Part shown: positions 1 to 11,065 of the stretch, piece by piece | Numbering within the stretch: position 1 is the stretch's first letter | Layout of the letters: every line of letters starts with the position of its first letter | Origin: Escherichia phage HY03 | Reading direction: 5' to 3' (one strand) | DNA: 64,000 nucleotides | Sequence record: NC_031047.1 | Translations under genes and position numbers: made by a program | Notes under the pieces: generated by a model | What the model saw: the letters and a program-made list of their open reading frames with translations, nothing else | What the model was told of the DNA's origin: nothing | The model's database searches: none

Positions 1-2
1 GA

Positions 3-206
3 AACGAAATTACTGGTGGAAAACCTGCAGAGTATAAAAAGAGCGCTATTGTTCGTCAATATGCTCGTGATGCTAAAACAGTAACAAAAGAAATTGAAAT
101 TAAAGGTCTGTGGCCTACTAACGTGGGTGAACTTCAATTAGATTGGGATTCAAACAATGAAATCCAAACCTTTGAAGTAACTCTTGCTCTCGATTATTGG
201 GAATAA
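3..206 (+). CDS. 19: tail tube protein gp19, C-terminal fragment (5' end outside window)
   Basis: Open frame from window edge to TAA at 204-206 (ends ...EVTLALDYWE); sits immediately upstream of the portal gene as in T4-type phages. Confidence 0.6.
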   Translation, partial: NEITGGKPAEYKKSAIVRQYARDAKTVTKEIEIKGLWPTNVGELQLDWDSNNEIQTFEVTLALDYWE

Positions 207-238
207 AATGAATGGGGAGAAATCCCCATCCTGCTTAA

Positions 239-1863
<1,625 letters not shown>

Positions 1864-1864
<1 letters not shown>

Positions 1865-2103
1865 TGGAAGGTTTAATTGAAGCTATTAAATCAAACGACC
1901 TCGTAGCCGCTCGTAAATTATTTGCTGAAGCCATGGCTGCAAGAACGACTGATTTAATTAAAGAAGAAAAAATCGCTATCGCTCGTAATTTCTTAATCGA
2001 AGGTGAAGAACCTGATGACGAGGATGATGACGAAGACGAAGATAGTGATGATAAAGACGACAAAAAAGACAAAGACTCTGACGAAGACGAGGATGATGAA
2101 TAA
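1864..2103 (+). CDS. 67: prohead core protein gp67 (acidic C-terminal tail)
   Basis: 79-aa ORF overlapping gp20 stop; poly-Asp/Glu tail; T4 gene order 20-67-68-21. Confidence 0.85.
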
Positions 2104-2528
2104 TGCTTCTGATCCCTGAAACTCATGAATTAGTTCTCGAGAATGTCGAAGCACTTATTCCTGAAGCACAGGGTCGCTTTGACGAATTGTCTTCTGCTTT
2201 AAATAAAGACGATATAAATACAATTGTCGAGAATATGCTTGATGATGAAACTGATTTAGCGGTTGCATTAGCTTCTATTAATGAAAATATGCCGTTAAAT
2301 GAATTTATCGTTAAACATGTTTCTGCCCGTGGTGAAATTACTCGCACTAAAGATCGCAAAACCCGCGAACGTAATGCATTTCAAACTACCGGGTTGTCTA
2401 AAGCAAAACGTAGACAAATTGCTCGTAAAGCTACCAAAACGAAGATTGCCAATCCAGCAGGTCAATCTCGTGCTCAGCGTAAGCGTAAAAAAGCTCTTAA
2501 ACGCCGTAAAGCATTAGGATTAAGCTAA
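2103..2528 (+). CDS. 68: prohead core protein gp68
   Basis: 141-aa ORF in conserved position with basic C-terminus. Confidence 0.85.
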
Positions 2529-3166
2529 TGAATGAACCCCAATTACTAATTGAAACTTGGGGTCAACCTGGCGAAATTATTGATGGCGTACCAATGCTTG
2601 AATCTCATGATGGAAAAGACTTAGGTTTAAAACCGGGTTTATACATCGAAGGAATATTCATGCAAGCGGAAGTCGTCAATAGAAATAAACGTCTTTATCC
2701 AAAACGTATATTAGAAAAAGCGGTAAAAGACTATATTAATGAGCAAGTTTTAACTAAACAAGCTCTCGGAGAATTAAATCATCCTCCACGCGCTAATGTT
2801 GACCCGATGCAAGCCGCTATCATTATAGAAGATATGTGGTGGAAAGGAAATGACGTATACGGACGAGCTCGTGTTATTGAAGGTGACCACGGTCCTGGAG
2901 ATAAATTAGCAGCTAATATTCGTGCCGGATGGATTCCAGGAGTTTCTTCTCGTGGATTAGGTTCATTGACTGACACAAATAAAGGTTATCGTATCGTAAA
3001 CGAAGGATTCAAATTAACTGTAGGTGTTGATGCAGTATGGGGTCCAAGTGCTCCAGATGCATGGGTAACTCCTAAGGAAATTACAGAATCACAGACGGCG
3101 GAAGCCGATACAAGTGCCGATGACGCCTATATGGCTCTCGCAGAGGCCATGAAAAAAGCGTTATAA
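2528..3166 (+). CDS. 21: prohead core scaffold protease gp21
   Basis: 212-aa ORF, same length and position as T4 gp21. Confidence 0.9.
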   Translation: MNEPQLLIETWGQPGEIIDGVPMLESHDGKDLGLKPGLYIEGIFMQAEVVNRNKRLYPKRILEKAVKDYINEQVLTKQALGELNHPPRANVDPMQAAIIIEDMWWKGNDVYGRARVIEGDHGPGDKLAANIRAGWIPGVSSRGLGSLTDTNKGYRIVNEGFKLTVGVDAVWGPSAPDAWVTPKEITESQTAEADTSADDAYMALAEAMKKAL

Positions 3167-3196
3167 ATATTATTATCTAAACAACAGGACTACAAA

Positions 3197-4006
3197 ATGC
3201 TTAAAGAACAACTGATTGCCGAAGCGCAGAAAATTGATGCTTCCGTTGCTCTTGATAGTATTTTCGAATCAGTTAATATTTCTCCGGAAGCAAAAGAAAC
3301 TTTCGGCACTGTATTCGAAGCTACCGTCAAGCAGCACGCCGTTAAATTAGCTGAATCTCATATCGCTAAAATTGCTGAAAAAGCAGAAGAAGAAGTAGAA
3401 AAAAATAAAGAAGAAGCAGAAGAAAAAGCTGAGAAGAAAATCGCTGAGCAAGCTTCTAAATTCCTTGACCATCTTGCAAAAGAATGGCTCACTGAAAATA
3501 AATTAGCAGTAGATAAAGGTATCAAAGCCGAACTGTTTGAATCCATGCTTGGTGGATTGAAAGAGCTCTTCGTTGAACACAACGTTGTTGTTCCAGAAGA
3601 ATCAGTTGATGTTGTAGCTGAAATGGAAGAAGAACTGCAAGAACATAAAGAAGAATCAGCTCGTCTGTTCGAAGAACTCAATAAGCGTGACGCATATATC
3701 AATTATGTGCAGCGTGAAGTGGCATTGAGCGAAAGTACTAAAGATCTGACTGAGTCTCAAAAAGAAAAAGTCTCTGCTCTGGTCGAAGGTATGGATTATT
3801 CAGATGCATTCTCAAGTAAATTGAGTGCAATCGTAGAAATGGTGAAGAAATCTAATAAAGATGAAAGCACTATTACTGAGAGTATAAATACTCCTGATAC
3901 TGAAGCAGCCGGACTGAATTTCGTCACTGAAGCTGTAGAAGATAAATCTGCACAAGGTGCAGAAGATATTGTAAGTGTATATGCGAAAGTCGCATCTCGT
4001 TTCTAA
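3197..4006 (+). CDS. 22: prohead scaffolding core protein gp22
   Basis: 269-aa Glu/Lys-rich coiled-coil protein in T4 gp22 position. Confidence 0.9.
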   Translation: MLKEQLIAEAQKIDASVALDSIFESVNISPEAKETFGTVFEATVKQHAVKLAESHIAKIAEKAEEEVEKNKEEAEEKAEKKIAEQASKFLDHLAKEWLTENKLAVDKGIKAELFESMLGGLKELFVEHNVVVPEESVDVVAEMEEELQEHKEESARLFEELNKRDAYINYVQREVALSESTKDLTESQKEKVSALVEGMDYSDAFSSKLSAIVEMVKKSNKDESTITESINTPDTEAAGLNFVTEAVEDKSAQGAEDIVSVYAKVASRF

Positions 4007-4024
4007 TTTTAAAGGTTAACACAA

Positions 4025-5590
4025 ATGACTATCAAAACTAAAGCTGAACTTTTGAACAAATGGAAGCCATTACTGGAAGGTGAAGGTTTACCGGAAATTG
4101 CTAATAGCAAACAAGCGATTATCGCTAAAATCTTTGAAAACCAGGAAAAAGATTTCCAGACAGCTCCGGAATATAAAGACGAAAAAATTGCTCAGGCATT
4201 CGGTTCTTTCTTAACAGAAGCTGAAATCGGTGGTGACCACGGTTACAATGCTACCAACATCGCCGCAGGTCAGACTTCTGGCGCAGTAACTCAGATTGGC
4301 CCAGCTGTTATGGGTATGGTACGTCGTGCTATTCCTAACCTGATTGCTTTCGATATTTGTGGTGTTCAGCCAATGAACAGCCCGACTGGCCAGGTATTCG
4401 CGCTGCGCGCAGTATATGGTAAAGATCCAATCGCTTCCGGCGCTAAAGAAGCATTCCACCCAATGTATGGTCCAGATGCAATGTTCTCTGGTCAGGGTGC
4501 TGCTAAGAAATTCGCTGCTTTGAAAGCAAGTGATACTCTTGAAGTCGGAACTATTTACACTCACTTCTTCCAGGAAACTGGTACAGTATATCTGCAAGCT
4601 ACAGCAGCTAAACAAATTGATTCAGGCGCATCTGACGCAGACAAATTAGATGCTGAAATTAAGAAACAAATGGAAGCTGGTGTACTGGTAGAAATCGCTG
4701 AAGGTATGGCTACTTCTATCGCTGAACTTCAGGAAGGTTTCAACGGTTCTACCGATAACCCATGGAATGAAATGGGCTTCCGTATCGATAAACAAGTTAT
4801 CGAAGCTAAATCTCGTCAGCTGAAAGCTGCTTACTCTATTGAATTAGCACAAGACCTCCGCGCTGTTCATGGTATGGATGCTGATGCTGAACTGTCTGGT
4901 ATTCTGGCTACAGAAATTATGCTGGAAATCAACCGCGAAGTTGTTGATTGGATTAACTACTCCGCTCAGGTTGGTAAATCTGGTATGACCCTGACTCCGG
5001 GTTCTAAAGCTGGTGTATTTGACTTCCAGGACCCAATCGATATTCGTGGTGCTCGCTGGGCAGGTGAATCCTTTAAAGCTCTGTTGTTCCAGATTGACAA
5101 AGAAGCAGTTGAAATTGCTCGTCAGACTGGTCGCGGCGAAGGTAACTTCATTATCGCTTCCCGTAACGTAGTTAACGTTCTGGCTTCAGTTGATACCGGC
5201 ATTTCTTATGCTGCACAGGGTCTGGCTACCGGCTTTAACACTGATACTACCAAGTCAGTATTTGCTGGTGTTCTGGGTGGTAAATACCGTGTATATATCG
5301 ACCAGTATGCTAAACAGGATTATTTCACTGTAGGTTATAAAGGTCCGAACGAAATGGATGCTGGTATTTACTACGCTCCATATGTAGCTCTGACTCCGCT
5401 GCGTGGTTCCGATCCGAAGAACTTCCAACCGGTAATGGGATTCAAAACTCGTTACGGTATCGGTATCAACCCATTTGCAGAATCCGCTGCTCAGGCTCCG
5501 GCTTCTCGCATCCAGAGCGGTATGCCTTCTATTCTGAATAGCCTTGGTAAAAATGCTTACTTCCGCCGTGTATATGTTAAAGGTATCTAA
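4025..5590 (+). CDS. 23: major capsid protein gp23
   Basis: 521-aa ORF; length and sequence match T4 gp23. Confidence 0.97.
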   Translation: MTIKTKAELLNKWKPLLEGEGLPEIANSKQAIIAKIFENQEKDFQTAPEYKDEKIAQAFGSFLTEAEIGGDHGYNATNIAAGQTSGAVTQIGPAVMGMVRRAIPNLIAFDICGVQPMNSPTGQVFALRAVYGKDPIASGAKEAFHPMYGPDAMFSGQGAAKKFAALKASDTLEVGTIYTHFFQETGTVYLQATAAKQIDSGASDADKLDAEIKKQMEAGVLVEIAEGMATSIAELQEGFNGSTDNPWNEMGFRIDKQVIEAKSRQLKAAYSIELAQDLRAVHGMDADAELSGILATEIMLEINREVVDWINYSAQVGKSGMTLTPGSKAGVFDFQDPIDIRGARWAGESFKALLFQIDKEAVEIARQTGRGEGNFIIASRNVVNVLASVDTGISYAAQGLATGFNTDTTKSVFAGVLGGKYRVYIDQYAKQDYFTVGYKGPNEMDAGIYYAPYVALTPLRGSDPKNFQPVMGFKTRYGIGINPFAESAAQAPASRIQSGMPSILNSLGKNAYFRRVYVKGI

Positions 5591-5605
5591 TCTTTGACGA
5601 TTTAA

Positions 5606-5621
5606 GGGACCTTCGGGTCCC
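5606..5621 (+). terminator. stem-loop GGGACC-UUCG-GGUCCC after gene 23
   Basis: Perfect GC stem with UUCG-type loop followed by a T-rich run. Confidence 0.7.
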
Positions 5622-5638
5622 TTTAGTTGTTTTTATGG

Positions 5639-5646
5639 TATAAATA
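5639..5646 (+). promoter_or_regulatory. late promoter TATAAATA upstream of gene 24
   Basis: Exact TATAAATA 28 nt upstream of the gp24 ATG. Confidence 0.65.
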
Positions 5647-5673
5647 AATCATATAAACCAAAAGGAAAGCGCA

Positions 5674-6957
5674 ATGGCTAAAATCAACGAACTTTTGCGC
5701 GAATCAACCACAACGAATAGCAACTCAATCGGTCGCCCAAATCTCGTTGCTTTGACTCGCGCTACCACTAAATTAATATATTCTGACATTGTAGCAACGC
5801 AAAGAACTAATCAACCTGTTGCTGCTTTTTACGGTATCAAATACCTTAACCCAGACAATGAATTTACATTTAAAACTGGTGCTACTTATGCTGGCGAAGC
5901 TGGATATGTAGACCGAGAACAAATCACAGAATTAACAGAAGAGTCTAAATTAACTCTCAATAAGGGCGATTTATTCAAATATAATAATATCGTTTATAAA
6001 GTATTAGAAGATACACCATTTGCTGATATTGAAGAAAGCGATTTAGAATTAGCTCTTCAGATTGCAATTGTTCTTTTAAAGGTTCGTCTATTTTCTGACG
6101 CAGCGTCAACAAGCAAATTTGAAAGCTCTGATAGTGAAATTGCGGATGCTAGATTCCAGATTAATAAATGGCAAACCGCAGTTAAATCTCGTAAACTTAA
6201 AACTGGTATCACAGTTGAATTAGCACAAGATTTAGAAGCAAATGGATTCGATGCTCCTAATTTCCTGGAAGATTTGCTTGCAACTGAAATGGCGGATGAA
6301 ATCAATAAAGATATTTTACAGTCTTTGATTACAGTATCAAAACGCTATAAAGTTACAGGAATTACTGATACTGGATTCATTGATTTGAGCTATGCATCTG
6401 CACCTGAAGCTGGTCGTTCATTATACCGAATGGTATGTGAAATGGTTTCACATATCCAAAAAGAATCAACTTATACAGCAACGTTCTGTGTTGCTTCAGC
6501 TCGTGCCGCTGCGATTCTTGCTGCATCAGGTTGGTTAAAACATAAACCAGAAGATGATAAATATCTTTCACAAAATGCCTACGGGTTCTTAGCTAATGGT
6601 TTACCGCTTTATTGCGATACTAACAGCCCATTAGATTATGTAATCGTTGGTGTAGTAGAAAATATCGGCGAAAAAGAAATTGTTGGATCAATTTTCTATG
6701 CTCCGTATACAGAAGGTCTTGACTTAGATGACCCTGAACATGTAGGTGCATTTAAAGTTGTAGTTGACCCAGAAAGTTTGCAGCCATCTATCGGTTTATT
6801 AGTTAGATATGCTTTATCAGCAAATCCTTACACTGTAGCAAAAGATGAAAAAGAAGCAAGAATAATTGATGGTGGAGACATGGATAAAATGGCGGGTCGT
6901 TCAGATTTGTCTGTTTTATTAGGTGTTAAGCTACCAAAAATTATCGTTGATGAATAA
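5674..6957 (+). CDS. 24: capsid vertex protein gp24
   Basis: 427-aa gp23 paralog in conserved position. Confidence 0.95.
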   Translation: MAKINELLRESTTTNSNSIGRPNLVALTRATTKLIYSDIVATQRTNQPVAAFYGIKYLNPDNEFTFKTGATYAGEAGYVDREQITELTEESKLTLNKGDLFKYNNIVYKVLEDTPFADIEESDLELALQIAIVLLKVRLFSDAASTSKFESSDSEIADARFQINKWQTAVKSRKLKTGITVELAQDLEANGFDAPNFLEDLLATEMADEINKDILQSLITVSKRYKVTGITDTGFIDLSYASAPEAGRSLYRMVCEMVSHIQKESTYTATFCVASARAAAILAASGWLKHKPEDDKYLSQNAYGFLANGLPLYCDTNSPLDYVIVGVVENIGEKEIVGSIFYAPYTEGLDLDDPEHVGAFKVVVDPESLQPSIGLLVRYALSANPYTVAKDEKEARIIDGGDMDKMAGRSDLSVLLGVKLPKIIVDE

Positions 6958-6963
6958 AACAAA

Positions 6964-6979
6964 GGGACCTTTCGGTCCC
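6964..6979. terminator. bidirectional stem-loop GGGACC-UUUC-GGUCCC between convergent gene 24 and rnlB
   Basis: Perfect 6-bp GC stem flanked by A-run and T-run. Confidence 0.7.
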
Positions 6980-6986
6980 TTTTTAT

Positions 6987-7990
6987 TTAACTTACCAATT
7001 CAATCCAAGCCGGACGAAGTACATCTTGTACCATTTTAACTAATTCCTTTTTAACCAAAGAAGGATTATCTGCTTGAGTTAGAGTAATACCTTCACGAGA
7101 AGTTTCTTCCAAAATATCTTGAACAGTTAGTCCCATCACCTTTCCAAAATCCTTCGAACCAATTTCACCAATTTTAGAAATAACGTTATTTACTCGGTTC
7201 AGTGTAACGTAGCAAGCTAAAATTCCCACCAATTTGTTATCAGCTTCTGATAGTTCAACTTTAGCTTTAATAGGCTTATCAGACTTTTTCTTTTCACTAA
7301 ATTTGGAATTCTTGCATTTGATGGCTACACGATTTCCATTATGAAGCCAAGAAGGATAACAAGGTTTCAATACATATCCTTCAGCGGTAAATACTTCGCC
7401 TTTGGCTTCAGCTTTCCAAACACATTTGTTAGCGTCAACTAATCCAGCATGGTCTACCGTAAAATTATAATCCTGTACGACAGAATCTAAATCATTTGGC
7501 AATTTAATAAGTTCTTCAAATTTACCACGACCTAAAAGTGGAGCCATTTTAAATTTAAATGTATTACAGAATGATTCCATCATATAATCATCGACATAAG
7601 TCACATCACCACTTTCTGTAGTGACAATAATGTCAAATACATAAAAATCTTTACGCCATAATCGACATTCTTCTGAATGCCAGGTCCAGCGAATTCGCCA
7701 AAGACTTGATAAGATACAACCGCTGAGGTTTCCATAATATCTTGTACTGCTTTAATAGAATCTTCGTAATTCTTTAGAATAATTTCATACCCAAAGAAAT
7801 CTTCAGCAGGAAGAATCGGTCCAGTACGTTTAGCGCAAGTTACTTTATCACGCTCAATAATCAATGAGAAATTTGTGCCGTGAATCTTTTCACGAGCTAC
7901 CCACTCCCCACCAGTCAATCCCAAGCTATAAAGTTTTTCAATAAATTTAGAGTTGTAATGATTTTCAAGACTGCTATACTTTTTAAACAT
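6987..7990 (-). pseudogene. rnlB: RNA ligase 2 (Rnl2) split into two ORFs by a frameshift near 7653-7657
   Basis: N-terminal ORF 7601..7990 carries ligase motif I (REKIHGTN, Lys35); C-terminal ORF 6987..7604 continues in another frame starting at GTG; the switch maps to the GGCGT segment. Confidence 0.6.
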
Positions 7991-7999
7991 AATTAATCC

Positions 8000-8278
8000 T
8001 CAAAATGTAATTTCTAACCAATCACCATCACGCTGATCACTATTGACTTTAAAGCTGAATCCTTCTTTTCTCAGCCAATCACCAATTTCTTCAGTAATCA
8101 ATTTATCACGAGCAATACAATAATAACTAAAATGTGTTTTACCTTGTTCAGCTGCTTTATTAGCAAGTTCCGAAAAATCTTTAATAAAACACTCTAGCTT
8201 AAACTGTTTACTTTTAAGTGCTTTTTCGCGCAATTGATTAGCAAAAGATTCATTTTCATAAAGATCATACTGTTCCAT
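8000..8278 (-). CDS. hypothetical protein (24.2-like position)
   Basis: 92-aa ORF between rnlB and hoc. Confidence 0.6.
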   Translation of the reverse strand: MEQYDLYENESFANQLREKALKSKQFKLECFIKDFSELANKAAEQGKTHFSYYCIARDKLITEEIGDWLRKEGFSFKVNSDQRDGDWLEITF

Positions 8279-8480
8279 TTTTCACCTTTTTATTGATATG
8301 TCTTTTTCTATAGACGACTTTTTCTCGAGTTTCAAATTTATTTTTAGCAGTCATAGCTCGAGCCCATAATACAGCCACTTCTTTTGCCTGTAAGTTTAAT
8401 TCACGAGCAATTTCAATGAATGACTTTCCAGACTCATGAAGAGTAAACACCACAACCTCAGTTCTCATAATCAATCTCAT
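8265..8480 (-). CDS. hypothetical small protein with helix-turn-helix-like segment (24.3-like position)
   Basis: 71-aa ORF; segment SFIEIARELNLQAKEVAVLWARA resembles an HTH. Confidence 0.5.
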   Translation of the reverse strand: MRLIMRTEVVVFTLHESGKSFIEIARELNLQAKEVAVLWARAMTAKNKFETREKVVYRKRHINKKVKNGTV

Positions 8481-8547
8481 GTTATCGAGTTGATGCCATT
8501 ATATACATCATTTTCTGAGTATGTTTTGTGTGCTTTCAAAATGAAGA

Positions 8548-8565
8548 AAGGGGCCGAAGCCCCTT
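8548..8565 (-). terminator. stem-loop downstream of hoc (UUCG loop on the minus strand)
   Basis: AAGGGGC-CGAA-GCCCCTT inverted repeat just 3' of the hoc stop. Confidence 0.6.
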
Positions 8566-8575
8566 ATGATTATGA

Positions 8576-9706
8576 TTATGGATAGGTATAGATGATACCA
8601 GTTTCTAAAGCAGTTTTATGAATGATGTATCCATTACGCGATTCTTGAACATCAACTTCTGGATATTCTTTCATCATCTTCTGAAGAGTGTAACGATGTA
8701 GGTAATATTTACTATCTGGGTCGTCAGTTTTCCAATCTTTACCTTCTTCGGTCATTTTTTGGATTTCATCCATAACCCACCAACCGCACCAGATATAAGC
8801 TGAAGTACGATGTGGAAGAGGATGAACATAAGGTAGTTCACCTTCTGGTTCTGGAGCAACTTTATCAGTTACCTGAACTTGACCTTCTGCTGTAATAGTT
8901 TTGCTATCGTAATCAGTTGCAGTAACGACAGCAGTAACTTCAATAGTTTGACTTCCAACAGATGAGGTATCGACAGTATATACGTTAGTTGACCCTTCTA
9001 CAGGAGAAGAATCTTTCTTCCATGAGTAAGTAATTTGTGCTTCTTCTGGAGCACCCGTAACATTAGCCGTAAATGTAGCCGAAGCATCTTGCTGAACATT
9101 AATAGAAGGAGGAGTCAATGTAACCTGTGGATTCATTGTCTTCTTATTAACTGTCAATGATACTTCATTAGAAGTAACTTCCTTTTCATTGTAATTTTCA
9201 GCAGTTACTTGGGCTACGCATTTAATTCTTTTTACTCCACTTGTAGTTGGAGTATAGCTAAATGTAGAGTTAGTTTCTCCACCAACTTGTGAATCATCTA
9301 CATACCACTGATACGTAGCCGATGCGCCTGGTGGCTGCGAATCTAAGGCAGCAGTAAATTGAACAGCTGTTCCAATTACTCCAGCGTCAGGGCTATTAGG
9401 AGTTACAGCTAAGGTGGTCGTTTGTGTCTTATTTTGAACTGTGATAGTTGTAGTAGCTTCTGCTGTTTCAGCATCAGTATCTGGAACTGTATTTGTTGCA
9501 ACTACTTTAATAGTCTTTTGTCCAGCAGGTCCTTTTAATACATAATCAAAAGTTGCTTCAGCTCCATCTTGTGGAGCATCATCTACAGTCCAAGCATATG
9601 TAATAGTTCCGCCTCCAGTTTCACCACTGGGTGTAGCAGTAAACTGCTTAGTTTCATCAATAACCCCTGTCGGTGTTTTAGGAGTTATATCAACTGTAAA
9701 AGTCAT
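8576..9706 (-). CDS. hoc: Hoc, outer capsid protein with Ig-like domains
   Basis: 376-aa Thr/Val-rich repetitive protein in conserved position. Confidence 0.9.
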   Translation of the reverse strand: MTFTVDITPKTPTGVIDETKQFTATPSGETGGGTITYAWTVDDAPQDGAEATFDYVLKGPAGQKTIKVVATNTVPDTDAETAEATTTITVQNKTQTTTLAVTPNSPDAGVIGTAVQFTAALDSQPPGASATYQWYVDDSQVGGETNSTFSYTPTTSGVKRIKCVAQVTAENYNEKEVTSNEVSLTVNKKTMNPQVTLTPPSINVQQDASATFTANVTGAPEEAQITYSWKKDSSPVEGSTNVYTVDTSSVGSQTIEVTAVVTATDYDSKTITAEGQVQVTDKVAPEPEGELPYVHPLPHRTSAYIWCGWWVMDEIQKMTEEGKDWKTDDPDSKYYLHRYTLQKMMKEYPEVDVQESRNGYIIHKTALETGIIYTYP

Positions 9707-9715
9707 AAGTTATCC

Positions 9716-10396
9716 TTATTTTAATGTTACGAAAGAAGAGTTGCGTGTTTCACGAATTAAAACTGATCCGTCACGGTTAATGTAATAAATTAAGCTAAAT
9801 AAAGTTTGGTGTGCTGACGCATGTTCAAAACTAGTTGGGTGAGATTTCCAATCTGGGGTTTCAGCAATCCATTGATAAATCCACCAAGGAACAGTGCAGA
9901 ATCCTGGATTTTTTCCAATCAGCTGAAGATTCGGACTAAAGTTTTCCGGAAGAGTAAATACAGACGGCTTTTCAGATTCAATAATCTCAGCTACAGCCTG
10001 TTCGAATTTTTCTTCAACAAAAGGAGTATCTTCAATTAAAACAGTGGTATTTTCAGGAATTTTATCCGTTTCTACTACTTCAATTTTAATGTCAGATTTA
10101 ACCGGAGAATCAATCAGAAGTGCTGCCTCTGGATTGACTTCTTCATCGTCATATTTTAATCCGTCTGCGGCATCAGCAGCATCAATTAAGTCTTTAATAG
10201 ATAACCCATCAGTCTCTGGCATAGGTTCACTAGCGAGCTTCTGGAGAGCTTCTTCAATATCATTAACGATATTATCAAAAGATTTATTCTTTTTGACCTT
10301 TATACCAAACTGTTCAGCATATTCAGCTAATTTAGCTTTAGCTTCTTTATTATCATCAAGAGCCTTCAGCTCTGCAATATAATCTTTATCTATCAT
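9716..10396 (-). CDS. inh: Inh, inhibitor of prohead protease
   Basis: 226-aa ORF adjacent to hoc as in T4. Confidence 0.8.
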   Translation of the reverse strand: MIDKDYIAELKALDDNKEAKAKLAEYAEQFGIKVKKNKSFDNIVNDIEEALQKLASEPMPETDGLSIKDLIDAADAADGLKYDDEEVNPEAALLIDSPVKSDIKIEVVETDKIPENTTVLIEDTPFVEEKFEQAVAEIIESEKPSVFTLPENFSPNLQLIGKNPGFCTVPWWIYQWIAETPDWKSHPTSFEHASAHQTLFSLIYYINRDGSVLIRETRNSSFVTLK

Positions 10397-10409
10397 AATA
10401 TTTCCTCAG

Positions 10410-10417
10410 TATAAATA
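10410..10417 (+). promoter_or_regulatory. late promoter TATAAATA upstream of segE-uvsW
   Basis: Exact TATAAATA 29 nt upstream of the segE ATG. Confidence 0.55.
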
Positions 10418-10445
10418 TAGATATATTTATTACTCGGAAAATAGT

Positions 10446-11063
10446 ATGTACCACTTTGTATATGAAACAACAAATCTAATAAATGGTAAAAAGTATATAG
10501 GAAAACACTCTACTGATGACTTGAATGATGGTTACCTTGGTTCCGGTAAGGCAATTCAGCAGGCTATAAAGAAATATGGTGAAAACAATTTCTCTAGAAC
10601 AATACTAAAAGAGTTTAAAACTTCCGAAGAAGCGTACATGTATGAAGAAGAAATTATAACTCCTGAACTAATAAAAAGCAAAAATTATTATAATATGAAA
10701 CCTGGTGGAATTGGTGGAATTGTTATGACTACAGAGGTTATAGCAAAGATGAAAGAATCTTCCGCTAAAAGATTTGAAAACTCACCAGGCACGGTATTAG
10801 GTAAAACTTGTTACACCAATGGAACTAAAAATATTTTTATTAAACCTGGAGAACTTGTTCCAGAAGGATTTGTAAAAGGGATGGTTCATCCTAATAGAAA
10901 GTCCAGAAAAGGATGTAAAGTCAAACCGACTACCACAGGAACTTTTTGGGTCAATAATGGCGCAATAAATAAATTAATACAACCAGACGGTATTATTCCC
11001 GACGGATTTATTAAAGGTCGTCTCATGAAAAGAGATTCTAAAGGCAAATTTAGTAAGGCATAA
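10446..11063 (+). CDS. segE: GIY-YIG homing endonuclease (SegE-like)
   Basis: N-terminal GIY-YIG motif (YETTNLINGKKYIGKHS) with Gly-rich DNA-binding repeats; hoc/inh-uvsW position. Confidence 0.8.
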   Translation: MYHFVYETTNLINGKKYIGKHSTDDLNDGYLGSGKAIQQAIKKYGENNFSRTILKEFKTSEEAYMYEEEIITPELIKSKNYYNMKPGGIGGIVMTTEVIAKMKESSAKRFENSPGTVLGKTCYTNGTKNIFIKPGELVPEGFVKGMVHPNRKSRKGCKVKPTTTGTFWVNNGAINKLIQPDGIIPDGFIKGRLMKRDSKGKFSKA

Positions 11064-11065
11064 TT

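Noticed and set aside
3358-4615. Minus-strand ORFs inside genes 22 and 23 (3358..3702, 4211..4615), with similar cases at 9821..10382, 20547..20885, 57060..57372 and 58857..59273
   Set aside because: They lie entirely within conserved structural or replication genes on the opposite strand and have no RBS or promoter context, so they are antisense shadow ORFs.
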